A stretch of 51,700 nucleotides of DNA from a bacterium (GTDB lineage Bacteria > Zhuqueibacterota > Zhuqueibacteria > Oceanimicrobiales > Oceanimicrobiaceae): positions 1 to 51,700 of the forward strand of contig JBBIIG010000019.1 of assembly GCA_037446635.1 (NCBI GenBank), given 5' to 3'. The notes beneath the pieces were generated by a model. The model did not search any database and was not told the origin of the DNA. It saw only the letters and a program-made list of their open reading frames with translations. Below are positions 28,033-36,989 of this stretch, in pieces. The position numbers and the translations under genes were made by a program. The stretch's first letter is position 1. Every line of letters begins with the position of its first letter.

Positions 28033-30846
28033 TTAGAACGTATAAGTGATGCGCGCCAGCGCCAGCCGGCCAATCTCCGGCGCGCCGATGAACTCACGGT
28101 GCTCGTTATTTAAAACGTTCTGCACGGTGACGTCGATTCGCATTCCCGGAGCGAGTCGGCCAAAATCATAACCCGCGCCCACGTCCAGCAAAAAGTAGTC
28201 ATCAACTTCTCCGATATACGGACCGGAATTGACTGGGAAGCCCTGAGTGTATCGTCCGGAGGCGTTGAACGATAGCCCATTAGGCAGGTTGTAGCCGAAA
28301 CCGCCTTTGGCTTTGAATTTGGAGGCGTTCAGCGCCAGCTCCAGTCCACTGCCGGGCTCGCCCAATTCATCGTCATCAAAGAAGTCATCGCTGACGAAGG
28401 AGACGTTGCCGAACAGATTCAGCCGGTTAGTGGCGGCTATTTGCAAGGCGATGTCGAAGCCCCAGAAATCGATGTCGCCAAAGTTGCGGTAAGCGCCCAC
28501 GATCTCACCGGGGACCTGGTTTTGATCTGGCTGTACCACGCCCACCGGCAGGTTGGTGACGCCGCGCTGTTGCGCCAGACCGACGATTATGGCTGCAACT
28601 TGCTGTGGGGTCGCTCCTACAGATTGCAGCGCGCCCGCCAATTGGGCGTTCGCCTGAATCGCTGCCGCTAATGCTGGCGTCAACTCGCCCGTTATATTGA
28701 CAAAGCCGGCCAGAGGAGTTAATTGAGTGACGCCGCTCACAAAATTTTTCTTTTGAGTATAGTAGCCGTCGATGGCAAACAGGACTCGATCTCCGAGTAG
28801 TCCCTTATATCCGGCTTCAATGGTATGAGTGATGGTTGATTTAAGCGGTTCAACATCTACCGGAGCGGCGCTGAGCACGCTAGTACCCAAACCCTGAACT
28901 TGTGTTTGTGTTGGGCTAAGCAATGCAATGAGTTGCTGAATAACCGGAATCGGGAGTTGCGGGAAACCATTGGCAACCAGCAGCGCCTGAATTTGTTCAG
29001 GCGGAGTCGCCGCTAATCCAGCGTACACAATTCCATACACGGCCGCCAGCGGCACATTCTGCGTTGGCACGCCGGGGGCGGAATACTGAAATACATTTTG
29101 TCCGAAAATGCCCGGCACCGGCAGCAAACCGGAAGCCGTAATGCCGCCGCCGGCGCGCGCGGTATTAAATGTGAAGCCATCCCGCGAGCCGCGGCCTCTT
29201 TGGATGATCGATATTCCCGGCGCCAGCGGCACTTCGCGGCCAATGATGTCGAGAAACAGCGAGTTGCCGCCGGGCAGCGCATAAGCGCGGTTGTAAGTCA
29301 CGCGGAAATTGTGTTGCGCCGTGGGCTTAAACACGATGGCGGCGCGCGGCGAAAGCTGCACGTCGTCTTCGATGTTGTTCTTGTCCAGGCGCGCGGCGAT
29401 CGTCAGGTCTAACTTTGGGGAGATTTTCGTCAGCGACTGCGCATAAACTCCGAACTCGGAGATCAAATCATCGTCTTCGTTGCGGCCATAAATGGTGCCG
29501 TTGGTTTTGGGAGTGGTGCGTTCATAGTCCACACCGACGATGACCTGCTCGTTTCCCTCCATGAATTCCAGGTTGTATTGTGCCTGCAAATTTAACAAAG
29601 TGGAATTGTCCACCACCGGCAAAGCCTGGCCGCTGGCTTGGGTCTGCCCATAGACAAACGAATCGCCGGCGTCGTTTTTGTTTAGGTAAGCTTGCGCAAA
29701 AAATTTGCCGGCTTGAAAGCGTGCCTGGCCGTAAATGTAGCCGTAGTTGTCGGCTTGCACCGTGCCAATACCCGAGAGCACCGTGGCATCGAGATGGGAG
29801 TAGCCGCCATTGAAGATCAGCGAAACGTCCTCCTGAAACCGGAATTCCATCAAGCCATTGATGTTGAGCTTCTGATAGTCGCGATCGAAAAACGTCGTGT
29901 CGCCAGTGACTGGATTGACGAGTTGCGCGCGGTCTTGCGGGTCATTGACGTCGTAATCCCAATCGTCGGCCTGGGCATACTGCCCGGTGATTTTGTAGCC
30001 AAATTTTGTGCCGATGACGTTGGCGTGGCGGAAATGTCCCGCAATGGAGGTGCGCTCACCGCCGGCAAACGAGGCGGTCGTGCCCGGGCTGTTGAACGGA
30101 TCTTTGCTCAAATAATGAATCACGCCAGCATCCACGCCGGAGCCGTAGAGAGCCGAGCCGGGCCCGCGAACGATTTCGACTTTGTCCAGATCGATGGCCA
30201 AATTGGGCATGACGGAGTGGAGGTTAACATCGAGAGAGGGTACCGCAGCGCGGCGATAGTCCGTCAAAATATAGGTGGCGCCAGAGAACGCGTTGTTAAA
30301 CCCGCGCAACACGATCTCGCGGCGGTCGATGCCGGTTTGCGCCATGTCGATGCCGGTGACGTTGCGCAGCACGGCATCGGTGGAGGGCGCCACTTCCTGG
30401 GTCAATTCGCGCGCCTCCAAAACCGAAATTGAGGCCGGGGCTTCCAATACTTTTTCCGAACGCCGCGACGCGCTGATGGAAATCGGGTTGACGTTGATGC
30501 CCGTGAGCTTGAGGGAAAAATTCAGAATTTTATTTTCGCCGGCGGCAACGGTCACGTTTTCCATCACCTGCGCCTCATAACCAATATAGGTTACGCGAAC
30601 GGTGTAGGTGCCGGGTGGCAAATTTTTGACGGTGTATTCGCCGCTCCCCAACGTGGCGGCGCCGGTTTGTACCTCTGCTGAGCTAACCACAATGTTGGCG
30701 CCGGGAAGGATGTCGCCGCTTTCGGCGTCGGTCACTTTACCGGTTAAGGTGGCGTTCTGTGCAAATACCATTGTGCTGACTAAAAATATAATCATGCAGC
30801 CAATGGAACGAGCTAACGCCATGCTGGTTGTTTTGTAACGCTCCAT
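28033..30846 (-). CDS. TonB-dependent receptor with N-terminal carboxypeptidase-regulatory-like domain
   Basis: Signal peptide, LTGKVTDAESG domain, plug EIVRGPGSALYG, C-terminal ARITYTF. Confidence 0.92.
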   Translation of the reverse strand: MERYKTTSMALARSIGCMIIFLVSTMVFAQNATLTGKVTDAESGDILPGANIVVSSAEVQTGAATLGSGEYTVKNLPPGTYTVRVTYIGYEAQVMENVTVAAGENKILNFSLKLTGINVNPISISASRRSEKVLEAPASISVLEARELTQEVAPSTDAVLRNVTGIDMAQTGIDRREIVLRGFNNAFSGATYILTDYRRAAVPSLDVNLHSVMPNLAIDLDKVEIVRGPGSALYGSGVDAGVIHYLSKDPFNSPGTTASFAGGERTSIAGHFRHANVIGTKFGYKITGQYAQADDWDYDVNDPQDRAQLVNPVTGDTTFFDRDYQKLNINGLMEFRFQEDVSLIFNGGYSHLDATVLSGIGTVQADNYGYIYGQARFQAGKFFAQAYLNKNDAGDSFVYGQTQASGQALPVVDNSTLLNLQAQYNLEFMEGNEQVIVGVDYERTTPKTNGTIYGRNEDDDLISEFGVYAQSLTKISPKLDLTIAARLDKNNIEDDVQLSPRAAIVFKPTAQHNFRVTYNRAYALPGGNSLFLDIIGREVPLAPGISIIQRGRGSRDGFTFNTARAGGGITASGLLPVPGIFGQNVFQYSAPGVPTQNVPLAAVYGIVYAGLAATPPEQIQALLVANGFPQLPIPVIQQLIALLSPTQTQVQGLGTSVLSAAPVDVEPLKSTITHTIEAGYKGLLGDRVLFAIDGYYTQKKNFVSGVTQLTPLAGFVNITGELTPALAAAIQANAQLAGALQSVGATPQQVAAIIVGLAQQRGVTNLPVGVVQPDQNQVPGEIVGAYRNFGDIDFWGFDIALQIAATNRLNLFGNVSFVSDDFFDDDELGEPGSGLELALNASKFKAKGGFGYNLPNGLSFNASGRYTQGFPVNSGPYIGEVDDYFLLDVGAGYDFGRLAPGMRIDVTVQNVLNNEHREFIGAPEIGRLALARITYTF

Positions 30847-31077
30847 ACGTTGCCTCCCTCCAGTTAGTGGGACTGGGTTAGATTTGAAAGAACCTTTTGT
30901 GAAATGAATTAAGAGGGGTTAACTGCGGGCTAAATTATATTTTTACTTTTTAAAAAGCAAGATTTTTTTATTATTCTAATGGTTGTGTAGCAAATGAAAA
31001 TAGAACACTTTGAGTTTAGATTGCCAAATCGCCGCGGCTCCGCCATAACAAACCCCAGCGACACATGCTCGCGTCGA

Positions 31078-31146
31078 CTAATCTCGCGCTTCCAACTCTG
31101 CGCGAACCATAATAAGTCCAGCCAACGGCTCGAAAGGAATGCTCAT
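31078..31146 (-). pseudogene. Truncated partner gene, possibly a retropepsin-like protease N-terminus
   Basis: MSIPFEPLAGLIMVRAELEARD* overlapping the upstream stop (ATGA); family call from recalled gene-pair context only. Confidence 0.35.
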
Positions 31147-31370
31147 AAAACAATCGCCGTATCTTTGTGAAGTTCGCCAGTGTAGAGCATGGCGAAGCGT
31201 TTGGGGCGAAGCTTAACCGCCTCGCGAGAGACTTCATCGCACTCTTTGCTGTGAAAACGGACTCCCCCCCTTTCCACTTCGAGGCATTCGTCGGTTTGCG
31301 GATCTTCAACCAGCACCCACTCCGAATCGAATCGCGCTTTGATTTCCGCCATGGTTAAAATTTCACTCAT
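31143..31370 (-). CDS. Small hypothetical protein (DUF5678-like)
   Basis: MSEILTMAEIKARFDSEWVLVEDP...FHSK...LYTG; GGAGG RBS. Confidence 0.6.
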   Translation of the reverse strand: MSEILTMAEIKARFDSEWVLVEDPQTDECLEVERGGVRFHSKECDEVSREAVKLRPKRFAMLYTGELHKDTAIVL

Positions 31371-31393
31371 AATAACCTCCCAATTTTCATCAT

Positions 31394-31643
31394 TCAACAT
31401 TCCTTCAGCGTCCCCGCAGCGGAACTCGCGCTTTCGGTAAACTCATTTTCAAACAATTCGCGCGGTAACCCGGATTGACGAATAATAGATAATAACGTCC
31501 CAATTCTAATCTCTGAATGATTCGGTATCGGCACCGTTATCGTAGATTCTTCAGTTTTCTTTTGCATGATGAAGTGACTCCCCTGCTGCCTTATTTTGCT
31601 GAAGTCATGCTCGGAGTTCTGACAGAATCCTCAGCTTACCCAA
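31394..31643 (-). pseudogene. hicA: HicA toxin, disrupted by deletion and frameshifts
   Basis: Fragments in different frames: MGKLRILS / EHDFSKIRQQGSHFIMQK / TEESTITVPIPNHSEIRIGTLLSIIRQSGLPRELFE (GSH catalytic motif). Confidence 0.75.
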
Positions 31644-31864
31644 CCGCAACCTCCAAAACTGGTTATGAAGACCTCTCGATGCAATCGCCCTTGAATCTCG
31701 GCTTCTGAGGCACATTCCAAAAATAACTCCAACGCCTCCTGCAAGTTGCTGCGCGCTTCCTCCACCGGATTTCCCTGACTGGCAATATCCAACTCCGGGC
31801 ACAGGGAAACGTAGCCATCTCCCTCGCGCTCAATAATGGCTGTAAAATGTTGATTTCGTTTCAT
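31631..31864 (-). CDS. hicB: HicB-family antitoxin, probable 1-nt frameshift in the last codons
   Basis: FTAIIEREGDGYVSLCPELDIASQG-x-VEEARSNLQEALELF; removing one T at 31655-31658 gives the ending ITSLEVAVG*. Confidence 0.85.
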   Translation of the reverse strand: MKRNQHFTAIIEREGDGYVSLCPELDIASQGNPVEEARSNLQEALELFLECASEAEIQGRLHREVFITSFGGCGWVS

Positions 31865-31947
31865 GGCTTCTCCAAAATGATTTTTTTAGAATTCATCATC
31901 ATTCAACATTCCTTGTTCGATATTCGATATTCAAACGTAACACAACA

Positions 31948-34900
31948 TTAATGTTGTGTTACAAACGCCTCGCGCAATAGCCGCTGCTGACCCTCCAAAT
32001 GTTGCTTCAGCGTCCCCGCGGCGGGACTGGCACTCTCGGGACGGCCGGCGTAACTCAAGACTTGCTTGTGCTGCAAAGCCTCGGTCAAACGATAACGCAG
32101 AAAATTCCACGCGCCCATGTTCTGCGGCTCTTCCTGCACCCACACCACGTCTTTGGCTTTCGTGTAATTTTTGAGAAGCGACTGCACCGCGTCTTTCGGA
32201 TACGGATAAAATTGCTCCAATCGCAAAATCGCCACGTCGCTGATTTTGTTTTTCTCACGGAATTCCAAAAGCTCGTAATAGATTTTGCCGCTGCACAGCA
32301 GCACCCGTTTGATCGCATCTTTATCCGCGACCGTGTCATCATCAAAAACCACGTGAAAGCGGCCGGCGGTGAAATCTTCTCGGCGGGAAATCACGCGCGG
32401 GTGGCGGAGCAAGCTCTTCGGCGTCATCAGCACCAGCGGCAGGCGATCGGCGTCGCGCATCTGCCGGCGCAGCACGTGAAAATATTGCGCGGGCGTCGAG
32501 CAGTTGCACACCTGCCAGTTGTTCTCGGCGCACAGCACGAGGAAACGCTCGAGGCGCGCGCTGGAGTGCTCGGGACCCTGACCTTCGTGACCGTGCGGCA
32601 AAAGCAGCACGAGGTCGCATGGCTGCTGCCATTTGACTTCGGAACTGGCGATGAAATTGTCGATGATGATTTGCGCGCCGTTGGCAAAATCGCCGAATTG
32701 CGCCTCCCAGCAAACCAGCGTCAGCGGGTCGGCGACGGTGTAGCCAAACTCAAATCCGAGCACCGCTTCTTCCGAAAGCAAGCTGTCATAAATCTGAAAA
32801 TGTGCCTGCCCCGGCTGGATGTGATTGAGCGGAATGTATTCCTGACCGCTGTTCAAATCTACTAACACCGCGTGACGCTGACTGAAGGTGCCGCGGCTGG
32901 AATCCTGTCCGCTCAAGCGTACCGGGGTGCCCTCGCTGAGCAGCGAGCCGAACGCCAGCGCCTCTGCAAACGCCCAATCAATGCGGTCGTCATCGTACCA
33001 CATTTTTTTGCGCTTCTCAAACAGCGGCGCGAGTTTGGGGTGCACTTTGAAACCCTCGGGAAAATTGGTGAGGGCATCCACCACGCGGTCGAGCGCCGCG
33101 CGGCTCACCGCAGTGCCAGCGCCCGTGGGTTGGCTTCTTAAAACTTCTTCTTCGGGAATCGCCAGCGGTACTTCGGGTTTGAAGAACAACTCCGTTTTCA
33201 TTGCCTCTTCAAACGAGTCGTTCAAACATTGGCGCACCGCCTTCGCCAGCGCGTCGGCCTCGTCGACGGTGATGATCTTGTCGCGGACCAACTCGTCGGT
33301 ATAAATTGAAAGCACCGAGGGATGCTCGTTGATCTTTTTGTACATCAGCGGTTGGGTGTAGCTCGGCTCGTCGCCTTCGTTGTGGCCGTGGCGGCGATAG
33401 CAGACAATGTCGATGACAACGTCCTTTTTGAATTGCTGACGATACTCAATGGCGATTTTCGCGACCCGCACCGCGGCTTCCGGGTCATCGCCGTTGACAT
33501 GGAAAATCGGCGCCTGCACCATCTTGGCCACGTCGGTGGCATAGGGCGAGGAGCGCGTCTCCTCCGGCGTAGCGGTGAATCCAATTTGATTGTTGATGAT
33601 GATGTGCACCGTGCCGCCGGTGCGATAGCCTTTGAGCTGGGAAAGATTCAAGGTCTCGGCGACGATGCCCTGTCCCGCAAACGCCGCGTCGCCGTGAATC
33701 AAAATTGGAATGATATGACGGCGCTCCGAATCATGGGCGCGTTCCTGCTTGGCGCGCACGATGCCCTCCACCACCGGGTTCACCGCCTCGAGATGACTGG
33801 GATTCGGCACCACGGAAACTTTGATGGCGCGACCGTCTTTGGTGGTGAAATTGCCCGTCGCGCCCAAATGATATTTCACGTCGCCGCTGCCCTGCACGGT
33901 GTCGGGATCGATATTACCCTCAAACGCTGCGAAAATGAGGGCATACGGTTTCTTCAAAATATTGACCAGCACGTTCATGCGCCCGCGGTGCGCCATGCCA
34001 ATCACTGCTTCGTGCGCTTCGAGTTCCACCGCGCAATTTAGCAGATGCGCCAGCACCGCCAGCGTCACTTCCGCGCCTTCCACCGAAAAACGTTTGTGGC
34101 CGATAAATTTCGTGTGCATAAATTTTTCGAAAACCTCGGCGTTGGTGAGGTGCGCCAAAATCTGCTTGCGCGTCTCCGCATCCAGCGGCGTGTGCGCTTG
34201 CGGCGATTCAATGCGCTGCTGCAGCCACGCCTTTTCTTCGGGATGCTGAATGTGCATGTACTCGACCCCGATTTTTTCGCAATAAGTTTTTTTGAGGATG
34301 TCGAGAATCTCGCGCAGGGTGGCGCTGTCACGGTTGCCCAAACCGCCGGTGATGAACTCGCGGTCGAGATCCCAAATGCTGAAGCCGTAGCTCGCGGGAT
34401 CGAGTTCGGAATGATAATGGCCGCGCTCGCCGAGCGGATCGAGATCGGCGATGAGATGCCCGCGCACGCGATACAAATTGATGAGCTGCAGCACGCGCGC
34501 CTGTTTTTCGATGGCCTCGCGATTTTGGCGGCTGTCGAAAAGCGCCGGATTGTAATCAGTGGACCAGCTCAACGGTCGATGCGGGATACTGAGCGATTGA
34601 AAAATCTCCTCGTAGAATTGATCCCCACCCGTGAGCAGCTCGTGCACACGCGCCAGAAATTGTCCGGACTCCGCGCCTTGAATGATGCGGTGATCATAAG
34701 TGCAAGTGATGTTCATCACTTTGCTGAGGCCGAGAGTCGCCAGCGCCTCGTCGGACATGCCGTGATATTCGGCGGGATACTGAATAGCGCCAGTGGCGAT
34801 GATCGCGCCCTGGCCGGCCATCAATCGCGGCAGCGAGGCGACGGTGCCCACCGTTCCCGGATTGGTGAGCGTGATCGTCGTGCCCTGAAAATCCGCGGGA

Positions 34901-35601
34901 TCGATGGCGCCTTTGCGCGTGCGCGTGATCAGATTTTCGTAAGCCGATACAAATTCGCGAAAATTCATGCGGTCCGCTTTTTTGACGTTCGGCACGATGA
35001 GCGAGCGCGAGCCGTCTTTGCGTTCAATGTCCACTGCCAAGCCAAAATTGACCGAGCCTCTTTGCAGCCGATGCGCCACACCCCGCATTATCACCAAACT
35101 CGAGTTGATGACCGGATGCTCCGGCAGCGCTTTGATAATCGCCCACGCGATGATGTGCGTGAACGAAATTTTACCCGAACGCTGGCCGCGCAATTCCGAA
35201 TTGATGATCTTGCGGTTTTCCTCCAACACCTTCATTGGAATGGCGCGCTGCGACGTGGCGGTGGGAACCGTGAGACTGGCTTCCATGTTTTCGAGAATTT
35301 TGACCGCAGCGCCGCGAATGGGAATCAACTCGTCATCATCCTCAAGAGTAAGGGGGGCCGCCGCCGGTGTAGCGGGCCGAACAGCACCATCGACGGGCGG
35401 TGCTTCTTTTGTTCTCTCGGTCACTTGCGTAACCGGCTGCTCGGCGACGGATTCGTGGTTGCCGAGATTCTCAAAAAACTCGCGCCAGCTTTTGCTAACG
35501 GAGTACGGATCATTGAGATACTGGTCGTACATCTCCTCGATATAGCCGGAATTCCAGCCAAAGGAATCGAGAATGCGCTTTTCGGATTTATCGATTTTCA
35601 T
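31948..35601 (-). CDS. sucA: Multifunctional 2-oxoglutarate dehydrogenase/decarboxylase (fused E2 catalytic + E1 domains; Kgd/OdhA type)
   Basis: E2 part TLTNPGTVG and TYDHRIIQGAESG; E1 part GMAHRGR, HGDAAFAGQG, WEAQFGDF and GPEHSSAR; probable start ATG at 35601. Confidence 0.95.
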   Translation of the reverse strand: MKIDKSEKRILDSFGWNSGYIEEMYDQYLNDPYSVSKSWREFFENLGNHESVAEQPVTQVTERTKEAPPVDGAVRPATPAAAPLTLEDDDELIPIRGAAVKILENMEASLTVPTATSQRAIPMKVLEENRKIINSELRGQRSGKISFTHIIAWAIIKALPEHPVINSSLVIMRGVAHRLQRGSVNFGLAVDIERKDGSRSLIVPNVKKADRMNFREFVSAYENLITRTRKGAIDPADFQGTTITLTNPGTVGTVASLPRLMAGQGAIIATGAIQYPAEYHGMSDEALATLGLSKVMNITCTYDHRIIQGAESGQFLARVHELLTGGDQFYEEIFQSLSIPHRPLSWSTDYNPALFDSRQNREAIEKQARVLQLINLYRVRGHLIADLDPLGERGHYHSELDPASYGFSIWDLDREFITGGLGNRDSATLREILDILKKTYCEKIGVEYMHIQHPEEKAWLQQRIESPQAHTPLDAETRKQILAHLTNAEVFEKFMHTKFIGHKRFSVEGAEVTLAVLAHLLNCAVELEAHEAVIGMAHRGRMNVLVNILKKPYALIFAAFEGNIDPDTVQGSGDVKYHLGATGNFTTKDGRAIKVSVVPNPSHLEAVNPVVEGIVRAKQERAHDSERRHIIPILIHGDAAFAGQGIVAETLNLSQLKGYRTGGTVHIIINNQIGFTATPEETRSSPYATDVAKMVQAPIFHVNGDDPEAAVRVAKIAIEYRQQFKKDVVIDIVCYRRHGHNEGDEPSYTQPLMYKKINEHPSVLSIYTDELVRDKIITVDEADALAKAVRQCLNDSFEEAMKTELFFKPEVPLAIPEEEVLRSQPTGAGTAVSRAALDRVVDALTNFPEGFKVHPKLAPLFEKRKKMWYDDDRIDWAFAEALAFGSLLSEGTPVRLSGQDSSRGTFSQRHAVLVDLNSGQEYIPLNHIQPGQAHFQIYDSLLSEEAVLGFEFGYTVADPLTLVCWEAQFGDFANGAQIIIDNFIASSEVKWQQPCDLVLLLPHGHEGQGPEHSSARLERFLVLCAENNWQVCNCSTPAQYFHVLRRQMRDADRLPLVLMTPKSLLRHPRVISRREDFTAGRFHVVFDDDTVADKDAIKRVLLCSGKIYYELLEFREKNKISDVAILRLEQFYPYPKDAVQSLLKNYTKAKDVVWVQEEPQNMGAWNFLRYRLTEALQHKQVLSYAGRPESASPAAGTLKQHLEGQQRLLREAFVTQH

Positions 35602-35635
35602 ATATTCTTTCGTTTGAATAACAATAAAGAACCCG

Positions 35636-35707
35636 GCTGTCATTCAGGAGGAATCCTTTTTGAGTTGAGCTCCCCTCTTGATTAAAAGTTTCCTCCTGAA
35701 TGACAGC
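35636..35707. repeat. REP-like element with an 18-bp perfect inverted repeat
   Basis: gctgtcattcaggaggaa ... ttcctcctgaatgacagc. Confidence 0.7.
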
Positions 35708-35735
35708 AAACACACAATTCGTGAAATTCGTGGTT

Positions 35736-36074
35736 TTAAGTTTTTTTATGTAACGAAAACACGCGGGCCTTTTGACCCTCTTTCGGTTTCACTTCTTCCG
35801 GCTCAGCTTTCGGCGGTTCGGCTTCTTCTGGCAGCGGCAACTTTTCGATGCGGATGGGCGTGCCGCCCATGGTGAAATCCGCGCCGCGAATCTGCTCATC
35901 GTCGATAATCCACGTAACAAGTTGCGGCGGAAAAGTCAGCATCAGGAATTTCACCTGCCACCACTTCGGTTTAATATCCGCGGTGATTTTTTCGACGCGG
36001 GCGTAAAGCGCCGGTTTGTTTTCGATGTGGATCAAAACCAGTTCTTGTTCAGCGATGGAGGACTTTTCGAGCAT
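35736..36074 (-). CDS. Conserved hypothetical protein
   Basis: 112 aa, GGAGAG RBS, plausible composition. Confidence 0.7.
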   Translation of the reverse strand: MLEKSSIAEQELVLIHIENKPALYARVEKITADIKPKWWQVKFLMLTFPPQLVTWIIDDEQIRGADFTMGGTPIRIEKLPLPEEAEPPKAEPEEVKPKEGQKARVFSLHKKT

Positions 36075-36323
36075 GATTCTCTCCGCGCTCGTTCGGAATT
36101 TCTAAATCCCGAACGCGAATGAATGGGGAATTTAAATTCCCAATAACTTCCCGACAAGGGTTACAAATACTTGTCGAGAGAGTTGCTTTCACATAATATC
36201 CTATTTTTTTAGAAAAAGATAACGAGTTACCTGTTAATAATCAATAATCAAATCAATTCCTTTTGCTTGATTTTGCCCCTGCAAAAGTATAAATTTCTCG
36301 CGTCAAAAAACCAGAGTTCCCCA

Positions 36324-36563
36324 ATGACCGAAAAAGAACGCGCGCAAGAACGCCGTAATCGTCCCGGAACAATGGCGCGTTTGGTGCGACTCAAAGACGC
36401 GGATCGCTCTTTCGATTATGAGTTTTGGCAAAAACTTCCGGCTGAGGAACGCTTTGCAGCCATGTGGCAGCTTGTCATCGACATGAGAATCATGCGAGGC
36501 GAAGATGAGGTTGAACCCCGATTACTTCGACATGTTCAAAGCATTGAATACCGCCGGCGTTAG
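36324..36563 (+). CDS. Small hypothetical protein, partner of the nucleotidyltransferase
   Basis: DRSFDYEFWQKLPAEERFAAMWQL; overlaps the next gene by 59 nt. Confidence 0.6.
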   Translation: MTEKERAQERRNRPGTMARLVRLKDADRSFDYEFWQKLPAEERFAAMWQLVIDMRIMRGEDEVEPRLLRHVQSIEYRRR

Positions 36564-36972
36564 ATATTTAGTCGTTGGCGCCTATGCGTATGGATTTCAT
36601 GTCGAGCCAAGAACAACCAAGGATTTAGATATTTGGGTTGATCCCGAACCTGAAAATGCACGCCGCCTTTACCAAGCGCTGGCTGACTTTGGCGCGCCGT
36701 TGCAGGGAGTCACGCAAGAAGATTTTTGTAACCCTGAGCTTGTTTACCAGATCGGAATCGCCCCTAATCGCATTGACATTCTGATGGGTTTGGAAGGAGT
36801 CGTGTTTCAAGAAGCTTGGAAAAACAAAATTGAAGCGAGCTATGATTTGGAAAAAATCTATATCGTGAGTCGAGAGGATCTGATCACAATTAAGCGCATC
36901 GCGGGCCGAGCGCAAGATATTGAAGACGTAAAAGGTCTTGAATCGAATCGCAAAAACATACCTCACCAATAA
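36505..36972 (+). CDS. Nucleotidyltransferase-fold protein (DUF6036/AbiEii-like)
   Basis: YLVVGAYA...RTTKDLDIWV NTase motif; C-terminal KRIAGRAQDIEDV. Confidence 0.8.
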   Translation: MRLNPDYFDMFKALNTAGVRYLVVGAYAYGFHVEPRTTKDLDIWVDPEPENARRLYQALADFGAPLQGVTQEDFCNPELVYQIGIAPNRIDILMGLEGVVFQEAWKNKIEASYDLEKIYIVSREDLITIKRIAGRAQDIEDVKGLESNRKNIPHQ

Positions 36973-36989
36973 ATCTTTTTGAAATAATT

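Noticed and set aside
30847..31015. Cobalamin or TPP riboswitch upstream of the TonB-dependent receptor
   Set aside because: Leader is short and AT-rich with no B12-box or TPP core; only a TATAAT with poor -35 spacing is visible
34045..35685. 546-aa plus-strand ORF and other long antisense ORFs (5674-6540, 25640-26722, 31999-32865, 14215-15111)
   Set aside because: Antisense shadows of well-supported genes in GC-rich coding DNA, with no recognisable motifs
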